DNA from: a virus
Direction: 5' to 3' (one strand)
Virus record (IMG/VR): IMGVR_UViG_3300020216_000004
Length of the DNA stretch: 12,569 nucleotides
Both the position numbers and the translations under genes were made by a program. Shown here in pieces: positions 1-6,178 of this stretch (positions are counted from its first letter, which is position 1; each line of letters begins with the position of its first letter). The notes below the pieces were generated by a model. It was not told the origin of the DNA and did no database searches. It was given only the letters and a program-made list of their open reading frames with translations.

Positions 1-576
1 CCCCTATTGTAAATTGTCAGACAATTCCCCATAACACATTAGAATATGATGAGTCAATAGATATGAGAGTAATATTAGTCAACACTAATTAAAATATAAT
101 AATAGAAAGATATGCAGTGGAAATGTATATAGAATAACTCAACAATAATAACAACTATAAATAATAAACTAGAATACTATAACACCAGTTAATTAGATAA
201 CTACTAGAAACACGATAACAACAGGTATGATAGAATACTATAAATAATAATATATAAATTAAATAAACTAAATTAAATAATAATAAATAATAACTATTAT
301 AAGATATCTGATAATTGAATATATACGAATAAATAAACTATATGAATTAGAGATAATAGTAATTAGGAATAATAATAATAGAAATGAATTAGAAGTGTAT
401 AGGAGGTGTTTGAATAGACAAGGTGAAGACTTACCTATCAAAGGTATTGAAACACTCACAACAAGCTTATATAGACTGTGAGATGTAGTATGTGATATAG
501 GTGTATGTAGATATAATAAAAGAAGTTATCTATAGAATTAACTATAAATAACCTCTTGTAATTTTGTATGGTTTAT
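1..576. repeat. Left inverted terminal repeat (ITR), 576 bp
   Basis: I reverse-complemented 1..576 in 60-nt blocks against 11994..12569 and found no mismatch. Identity ends at 577 (t) versus 11993 (c). The repeat starts at window base 1, so this looks like a true genome terminus. Confidence 0.95.
12..26. promoter_or_regulatory. Terminal palindrome AATTGTC-A-GACAATT, a candidate origin or protein-binding site (mirror copy at 12544..12558)
   Basis: Perfect 7-bp arms around a single central base. It is bracketed by CCCC at 1..4 and 27..30, and ATTGT is directly repeated at 6..10 and 13..17. It lies 11 nt from the genome end, where protein-primed replication origins are located. Confidence 0.4.
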
Positions 577-3500
577 TTAATTACTACTCCACTAGCAAGT
601 AACTGTTCTATGATATCTTTTTCATCTTCTGAAGCTGATATATCTAAGAATACATCAGATACTTCTACATAACCGTCTACTTCATGTAGGGTTACATAGT
701 CATTGGATTGCTTACCAAAGTCTGAGTTAGATTCATAAGGTATGTTTCTAATAACCTCAATGAATGGAGTTTCTAACTCGTTATGAATGTATCTACCAAT
801 CTCAGTTATTAGTGTATCTTTAGAAGACCTCATGAATGGTATCTCATGTGTTAATGGTATATCAGTTCTTGATACTAGCTTATTGCCTATCTTGCTACTG
901 TACACATTAAGGGTAGCTGTAGCATTGTATAGGTCTAACGATAGGGTAAGCTTGATATCTTGGTTAATAACATAGTCAGGGTCTATATAGATAGGCTGTT
1001 CATTGTATGGTACATGAATGTTAGTCTCAGTCTCCATATAGTCATAAACGTTGTGGTGCTCCTCTTCAACACGAATAGTTCCTAGGTCGAATAGAACCTT
1101 GTTATCTAACATGTAGTTAGCTTCTGCGTTCGATGTCCTTTGACCTATATTGATAGGTACTACTGCGTTACTAATCATCTCTTCAGGTAACTTAACAGGT
1201 AATGAATATAGGTTGTAGAAATAGTCTCCATAGTCTACTGTCTCACCGTTTACCAGGTCACCAAATCTATCTACACTTAAGGTGTTCAGTATAGACTGGT
1301 TAACAGGGTAGATATTAACGAAATTAGATACAAAACCGTCATAGGTCTTTTCTGAAGCTACTGCTGTAACTATAATCAGGGTAGTACCTGTGAATCGGTC
1401 TTCCCAGTACTCACCAATATTAAGAGTAAATACTGTCTTGTCTTCGTTAAAGTTAGGGTCTTCATCAGGGTATAAGTTAATTAAGTCAGGTGAATTATTA
1501 TCAAAGGTTCTAATGTCTAACTCAATACCTTCGTTGAATACAAAGCCATTATCAGCTGTAATTACAATAGTGTCCTCCTGGTTAACACCTCTACCTTCTG
1601 GAATGTTAGAGCTAGCGTTAACTAATTCTGACCCGAATCTGGCTCTAGGATAGCCTGCTATAGCTTCTACATGAATAGACTCTACTGTATCGGTAACTAA
1701 GGTGCTGAAGTCTAAACTTAATACTGTACCCTCTTCATTAAACTCTCCAGGTACTTCATGGAGCTTGTAGGAGACTTCTGAGCCATCTCCAAGGGTAACG
1801 GTAACCTCATGTAACTCAAAGCCTTCTAAAGCTTCATAATTGACTACAGTGAAGTTTGATACCGTATCGCTCTCGATACTTGATACTACGTTCTCTAATT
1901 CTTCGGTATACCCTACCTCAATTAACTCAGCTGTTGTAACCTGAATCTCTAAGGTAGTTAAGCCTGGTTCAAAGTATTCAGCAGGAATGATTTCAATTAC
2001 AGATTTACCTTCTACATCAGTTAAGTTTACTGTTTCATCATCACCGATTAAGGTAACTGAGTTCAGTATATAACCTTCATCAGAAGTAACTGTAATAGCT
2101 TGGTCTGGTTCTACCTCGATACCCTCTACATCTGTACTAGCGTTCTCTAACTCTTCATAGTACCGAATAGGGAAAGACTCTACAATCTCTTCCTGAGTGA
2201 TTACTGATATAGCAATGGTTAGATGGTCACCGTCTTCGAAATAGTCACCCCACTCGAATTTAACGTTACCATTCTGACCATATACTGGTAAGCTTACTGT
2301 CTCATAGGTATCTGGTGTACCAGGTGAACCTCCGAAACCGTTCCGTGGTGGCTCTCCATCAGTTCTCATGATTAACTCGATAGACTCGAAAGCGTGCGTG
2401 CTATAGGTCAGAACATCTACTGTATCGTTCTCATAGAGTCGTGTTACCCCATAGTAAGGGTAGTTCTCCCAAAACCCGCTTGAGTCTCCATTTACAGGCA
2501 TATCCCAGGTTACAGATTTAGGTGGCTTGTCACCTCTTACCTCTATAGCTGTGACTGGTTCTACTAATACCTCTTCGTCTATAACTTCCCTAGATACCTC
2601 TATACCGTCTTCATAGGTAATTAGAATTGTTAGGTTAGCTAATCCATCTGAACCCTCTATGTATTCTGTATCACCAATTAGAATCGTATCGTCATAGACT
2701 ACCTCTTCATCGTGAGGAATAACCTCTTCTACTGTGATAGTTTCTGTGGTAACTTCAGGCTCATAGTTAGGGTCTGCATAGGTGTATACCAACGTATCGA
2801 AACCTTGAAGCTCTCCAGGGTTAGGATAACCTCTACCTGGTGCATAGGTAAATTCTGTTTGCTCATATACGTTGTCGTCATCGTTAGGTATCTCAGCGTC
2901 CTGTACATCTAGTAACCAACCATCGTTAACTGTCCAAACATCTACTGAAATTGTGTCGAACGTATAACCAGGGTTAGCTCTAATTGTGATTGGTTGAGCC
3001 CATTGGTAAGTATCAGGTTCTACTGTATATGTATCATCATTCCCCTGCTTACTGATTGGTACAGGGTCATACGTTGGTTCTAACGTACCTATTACCTGGA
3101 TAGCATTAACAGGTTCTAACACTACCTCATACCCTATAACTTCCCTAGATACTTCTACACCGTCTTCTAAGGTAATCTCATAGGTAATACTCATGATACC
3201 CTCAGTACCCTCTATAAGCTCTTCCTCACCTACAGGCATAGTATCGTCTTCTACGGTATCTGTTTCATACTCTATTGGTTCTTCTATCGTCTCTTCTTCT
3301 ACAGTTATTACAGGTTCAGTCTGTACAGGTGTTACATAGATGTCAATAATCGTTAAGTCCGGGTAATAAGTAGTGTTACCATCTCGTAACTCATGTACGA
3401 TATAAGAGTTTGTAGGCTCGAAATATACTGTGTTAGCTTCTCTATCTACTTGGATATATTGAGGATATTCTGCGTCTGTGTATTTACCTCTAGCGTTGGT

Positions 3501-3752
3501 AATGTACCCTGAACCTAAGTCTTCTTCTACCTCTACTCTATCAATCGTGTAATCTTGACTAACGGTTAATATGTAATCATGGTGCCAATTAAAGCTTGTA
3601 GAAACCGATTGTGTATTCTCAACATTTACAACGATATCGTCTACATCTGTAGAGCCATCAGTATTAAACACGTTAAACTCTACATATTTGTCTGTACTCG
3701 TTGCTATGGGTCTAGTAGACTCTTTTTCACCGAATCTAAATGCAAGTGCCAT
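573..3752 (-). CDS. Large modular tail protein (1059 aa): repeated beta-rich modules plus two G5 domains, fused to a phi29 gp9-like tail-knob C-terminal domain
   Basis: Start is preceded by AGGAGGTTAAATA-ATG, with the SD embedded in the last codons of the upstream ORF. The C-terminal ~255 aa (about nt 576..1346) end in ...GYVEVSDVFLDISASEDEKDIIEQLLASGVVIK, resembling the phi29 gp9 C-terminus ...[33 protein letters not shown] (recalled). It is the last gene of the structural block. Its TAA stop (573..575) lies just inside the ITR. Confidence 0.8.
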   Translation of the reverse strand: MALAFRFGEKESTRPIATSTDKYVEFNVFNTDGSTDVDDIVVNVENTQSVSTSFNWHHDYILTVSQDYTIDRVEVEEDLGSGYITNARGKYTDAEYPQYIQVDREANTVYFEPTNSYIVHELRDGNTTYYPDLTIIDIYVTPVQTEPVITVEEETIEEPIEYETDTVEDDTMPVGEEELIEGTEGIMSITYEITLEDGVEVSREVIGYEVVLEPVNAIQVIGTLEPTYDPVPISKQGNDDTYTVEPDTYQWAQPITIRANPGYTFDTISVDVWTVNDGWLLDVQDAEIPNDDDNVYEQTEFTYAPGRGYPNPGELQGFDTLVYTYADPNYEPEVTTETITVEEVIPHDEEVVYDDTILIGDTEYIEGSDGLANLTILITYEDGIEVSREVIDEEVLVEPVTAIEVRGDKPPKSVTWDMPVNGDSSGFWENYPYYGVTRLYENDTVDVLTYSTHAFESIELIMRTDGEPPRNGFGGSPGTPDTYETVSLPVYGQNGNVKFEWGDYFEDGDHLTIAISVITQEEIVESFPIRYYEELENASTDVEGIEVEPDQAITVTSDEGYILNSVTLIGDDETVNLTDVEGKSVIEIIPAEYFEPGLTTLEIQVTTAELIEVGYTEELENVVSSIESDTVSNFTVVNYEALEGFELHEVTVTLGDGSEVSYKLHEVPGEFNEEGTVLSLDFSTLVTDTVESIHVEAIAGYPRARFGSELVNASSNIPEGRGVNQEDTIVITADNGFVFNEGIELDIRTFDNNSPDLINLYPDEDPNFNEDKTVFTLNIGEYWEDRFTGTTLIIVTAVASEKTYDGFVSNFVNIYPVNQSILNTLSVDRFGDLVNGETVDYGDYFYNLYSLPVKLPEEMISNAVVPINIGQRTSNAEANYMLDNKVLFDLGTIRVEEEHHNVYDYMETETNIHVPYNEQPIYIDPDYVINQDIKLTLSLDLYNATATLNVYSSKIGNKLVSRTDIPLTHEIPFMRSSKDTLITEIGRYIHNELETPFIEVIRNIPYESNSDFGKQSNDYVTLHEVDGYVEVSDVFLDISASEDEKDIIEQLLASGVVIK
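2529..2741 (-). other. G5 domain 2 within the tail protein (aa ~338-408)
   Basis: TITVEEVIPHDEEVVYDDTILIGDTEYIEGSDGLANLTILITYEDGIEVSREVIDEEVLVEPVTAIEVRGD is a paralogue of domain 1. The DNA also matches: 2581..2621 versus 3136..3176 agree at 37 of 41 nt (ATAACTTCCCTAGATAC...). Confidence 0.75.
3084..3311 (-). other. G5 domain 1 within the tail protein (aa ~148-223)
   Basis: VITVEEETIEEPIEYETDTVEDDTMPVGEEELIEGTEGIMSITYEITLEDGVEVSREVIGYEVVLEPVNAIQVIGT fits the G5 pattern: I-x-[FY]-x-T-x(3)-D-x(2)-[LM]-x(2)-G, then EG-x-x-G, Y-E-[IV]-T, DG-x-E-V-x-R-E-V, P-V-x-x-I-x-V-x-G-T. Confidence 0.75.
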
Positions 3753-3755
3753 TAT

Positions 3756-4187
3756 TTAACCTCCTATCGTTACTAAAATAATATTCTCTTCAAACTCTAG
3801 TGTTACATCGCTATCGTATATATCGTGAGTCTTCCTAACCTCACTTGGATAGTCTCCACCGTTATAATATGGGTTATGTCCTAAGTGTTTAGATACAACA
3901 CCCTTACAAGCTAGTATCTCATCTTTGAAGCTTTCTAATACGTCTACCTCTAAGATTAATCTGGATAGATTATTTCTTTGAGCTATGATATCCTTAACGA
4001 AATAGAAGCGTTCGAAATCTGGGATATAAGCATAATTTTTACTGGTACGCTCTCCTTCTTTTAGGAGTATTTCAGGGTTTAATACATCAGCTTCACCTCT
4101 GAATTGAACTTCATAGGTAGCTTCATCAGATAACTCTTTATTGATAGTGTTATTGGAGCTGGTTGTGTTATACAACTTTATTTCCAT
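3756..4187 (-). CDS. 143-aa tail protein resembling the N-terminal domain of the phi29 gp9 tail knob / distal tube protein
   Basis: SD AAGGAGGG lies upstream of the ATG. NYAYIPDFERFYFVKDIIAQRNNLSRLILEVDVLESF...GVVSKH...IILVTIGG parallels recalled gp9 [42 protein letters not shown]...FIVREH...MFLVIISKS. The ORF stops 3 nt before the start of the 1059-aa ORF. Confidence 0.65.
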   Translation of the reverse strand: MEIKLYNTTSSNNTINKELSDEATYEVQFRGEADVLNPEILLKEGERTSKNYAYIPDFERFYFVKDIIAQRNNLSRLILEVDVLESFKDEILACKGVVSKHLGHNPYYNGGDYPSEVRKTHDIYDSDVTLEFEENIILVTIGG

Positions 4188-4208
4188 GTGGTGTTACCCT
4201 CCTTAGTT

Positions 4209-4245
4209 ATAAAAAAATAGAGGTAGAGTTCCCCAACTCCACCCC
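4209..4245 (-). terminator. Rho-independent terminator downstream of the major capsid gene
   Basis: Minus-strand RNA reads GGGGUGGAGUU-GGGG-AACUCUACCUC, an 11-bp stem with two G-U pairs and a GGGG loop. It is followed directly by UAUUUUUUUAU. Confidence 0.7.
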
Positions 4246-4283
4246 TACAGGTAATAAAGCATGGCATTGCTTTATTGATTCTT

Positions 4284-5444
4284 TTAAGCTACAAGGAACA
4301 CAAGGAAGTTTTCATTTAAGTCATTGAAGTATCCTGCGTCCATCTTGTAATAGTTCGTGAAGAACTCGGCTTTAGCATTATAGTTTGAAGTAACTCGTCG
4401 GTCTAAGTTAGCAACTCCTACCGCTTGGCTATCAAACATAACTCCTAAGATTCCGGAAGCTTCTATTTCTGTATTTTTAGTAGCTACGTTAATTTTAGAT
4501 ACTGATTCAAAGTCATATGTATCTCCTGAACCTTGCCAGTATGGTACTGTTTCGTAATTAGGTAGCTGAACCATTTCACTATTATATGTATCTGATTGTA
4601 AGAATGTTTTAGTAGCACTTGCAAAGTCAGATAATAGAACAATAGTAACTTCTGATTCTGGTGTAAATTTCTCTTTCCCACCAACGTTAAATAATGTAGA
4701 AATCTTACTCATACGGTCTTTATATAGGTTAACTAAGTATGAAGCAAAACGAATAAATTCAGGGTCTCTATAGCTTTCATCTGGTGTTAGAGCTTCACCT
4801 GATTTTTCGTTGTATAATGCAAGTAAGTTAATTGCTTTAACTCCTGTTTGAGTTAAATCTAAAGTACCTTCAGCATTGGTTAAGTCATCTGATAATGTTT
4901 CAGCAGTCATATTGTTGATTGCTCTCATTACCAATCCATCTAGTTTAATAGTCATAGATTTCTCTACACCATTGAAAATCATAGTTAAGAATCCATTTAA
5001 TTGTTCTGCGTTTGAGAATGATTCTTTAACTTGTAATTCAGTAAATGAAATTGGTACTTCAAATGTTACCTTAGAGTTAAAGAACTTAGCTGATACCTTA
5101 GGTTGATAGAACACATCTTGGATATAACGCTGTCCATCCTCTAGAGCCCAAGACTCGTTCTCGTGTGCTTCAGGAATATCAGAAGAAATCTTTTCTAAGA
5201 TAGAACCATATTCCCAACCGTCCATAATTACACTAGGAACGTTACCTGAATAAACTCTATCATCAAAGATTACCTTACCAATATGGTTAACTAGTTTCTT
5301 TACATAGTTATCAATGTTATCTGAATCAATGATTTCATTACCAACATCTACAATGTTAGATAAGTCTTCTTGTACAACGTCTTCACGTCCTAAGACTTGT
5401 TCTGTAGCTGTATTCATAATGTCATGTATTTGCGTTACTCTCAT
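4284..5444 (-). CDS. Major capsid protein (386 aa), phi29 gp8-like HK97 fold
   Basis: The N-terminal region ...NIDNYVKKLVNHIGKVIFDDRVY... parallels recalled gp8 ...[22 protein letters not shown].... Its size and position in the structural block fit, and it is flanked by its own extended -10 element and a terminator, as expected for the most abundant virion protein. Confidence 0.8.
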   Translation of the reverse strand: MRVTQIHDIMNTATEQVLGREDVVQEDLSNIVDVGNEIIDSDNIDNYVKKLVNHIGKVIFDDRVYSGNVPSVIMDGWEYGSILEKISSDIPEAHENESWALEDGQRYIQDVFYQPKVSAKFFNSKVTFEVPISFTELQVKESFSNAEQLNGFLTMIFNGVEKSMTIKLDGLVMRAINNMTAETLSDDLTNAEGTLDLTQTGVKAINLLALYNEKSGEALTPDESYRDPEFIRFASYLVNLYKDRMSKISTLFNVGGKEKFTPESEVTIVLLSDFASATKTFLQSDTYNSEMVQLPNYETVPYWQGSGDTYDFESVSKINVATKNTEIEASGILGVMFDSQAVGVANLDRRVTSNYNAKAEFFTNYYKMDAGYFNDLNENFLVFLVA

Positions 5445-5475
5445 TATTCATTTCCCCTTTTTCTATTTTATATAT

Positions 5476-6096
5476 TTAATATACCAACGTACCAACCGTT
5501 TGACTTACATCTTGGAATATATTTTCTACTAAAACTTTGTTATTTAGATATCTAACTGCTTTCTCTCGGTCGTCGATAGCGTTGGAAGTATTTCCCTTAG
5601 TTTCAGAAGTCCTTGTTTCATTACCGCTTGTTATCTCTGAGTTGTCTCCAGTATTAGTACTACTTTGAGTGTTCTCGTCAGAGTCAGCAAAGTCTTCTGA
5701 GTTGTACCCTGCAACTGAATTAGTTTGCTTGTCATTACTAGTGTTAGAGTAGTCAGTAATGTTACTACTATCTGACTCAGTTTTTTCAGTTGTGGTTAGG
5801 TTATATGTCTCTAGTGGTATCTCAGCCTTATAAACTTCTGCAAGCTTATTCCATTTGTCAGCGTACATACCATATAACATACTAGCTATTAATTTTAAGT
5901 CTTCCTCTTTAACATTCTCTTTCTCTCCAATTAAGTTATTAACTAGGGGAGAAACCTTCCTGCTACCGTGTTGACTCACGAATAGCAGGTCAGTAGTTGA
6001 GATGTCTTGGAAGTCATTTAGGAGTTCTATATCACCAATCTCATTGAGATAGTGAAACAGACCTTTACCTTCTTTGTATAAGTCTCTTATATTCAT
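5476..6096 (-). CDS. 206-aa structural protein of uncertain role (lower-collar/adaptor or scaffold candidate)
   Basis: A clean ORF between the portal and capsid genes. It has an N-terminal helical-looking ~100 aa, a central ~70-aa S/T/N/D/E-rich low-complexity tract (TTEKTESDSSNITDYSNTSNDKQTNS...TSGNETRTSETKGNTSN), and a short conserved-looking C-terminus. Its position after the portal matches gp11, and its position before the capsid matches gp7. Confidence 0.6.
   Translation of the reverse strand: MNIRDLYKEGKGLFHYLNEIGDIELLNDFQDISTTDLLFVSQHGSRKVSPLVNNLIGEKENVKEEDLKLIASMLYGMYADKWNKLAEVYKAEIPLETYNLTTTEKTESDSSNITDYSNTSNDKQTNSVAGYNSEDFADSDENTQSSTNTGDNSEITSGNETRTSETKGNTSNAIDDREKAVRYLNNKVLVENIFQDVSQTVGTLVY
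5478..5486 (-). promoter_or_regulatory. Extended -10 element TGGTATATT upstream of the capsid gene
   Basis: The minus strand reads TTGGTATATTAA and overlaps the last codons and stop of the 206-aa ORF. The capsid SD (AAGGGG) and ATG lie about 20-35 nt downstream. It is one of four TGnTATATT copies, all at gene junctions. Confidence 0.5.
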
Positions 6097-6118
6097 ACCC
6101 TTATTACTCCCTATCTAT

Positions 6119-6127
6119 AATATAGCA
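6119..6127 (-). promoter_or_regulatory. Extended -10 element TGCTATATT upstream of the 206-aa gene
   Basis: The minus strand reads TTGTGCTATATTATAGATAGGGAG in the 82-nt portal/206-aa intergenic gap, with the SD 7 nt downstream of the hexamer. No convincing -35 is present. Confidence 0.5.
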
Positions 6128-6178
6128 CAAAGGCTACTTTAAAATTTGATAGTAGAGGTGCGTTCTAACAACGCTAGA

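Noticed and set aside
268-459. 63-aa hydrophobic ORF in both ITR copies (also 12111..12302 on the plus strand), superficially holin-like
   Set aside because: It starts at GTG with no SD and reads outward toward the genome ends. Its Ile/Leu/Tyr/Phe-rich composition is what a T-rich strand of near-pure AT DNA produces on translation. It has no charged holin-type C-terminus. It is worth re-examining only if no other lysis function can be found.
510-572. Weak AT-rich hairpin (GTTAATTCTATAGATAAC) followed by TTCTTTTATTAT on the minus strand, as a terminator for the tail operon
   Set aside because: The stem has only about 6 mostly A-T pairs with a mismatch. It is too marginal to call without folding energies.
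4253-4276. Perfect 9-bp hairpin AATAAAGCA-TGGCAT-TGCTTTATT as a terminator
   Set aside because: The stem is AT-rich and, on the transcribed strand, is not followed by a U-run. The adjacent GC-richer hairpin with a U7 tail (4209..4245) is the credible terminator.
4484-4684. Nested minus-strand ORFs in alternative frames (66 aa inside the capsid gene; 71 aa at 8199..8414 inside the ATPase gene), considered as embedded lysis genes of the phiX174 E type
   Set aside because: Both would start at TTG with no SD upstream, and neither shows a convincing transmembrane-plus-charged-tail layout. They were kept in mind only because no lysis gene was found.
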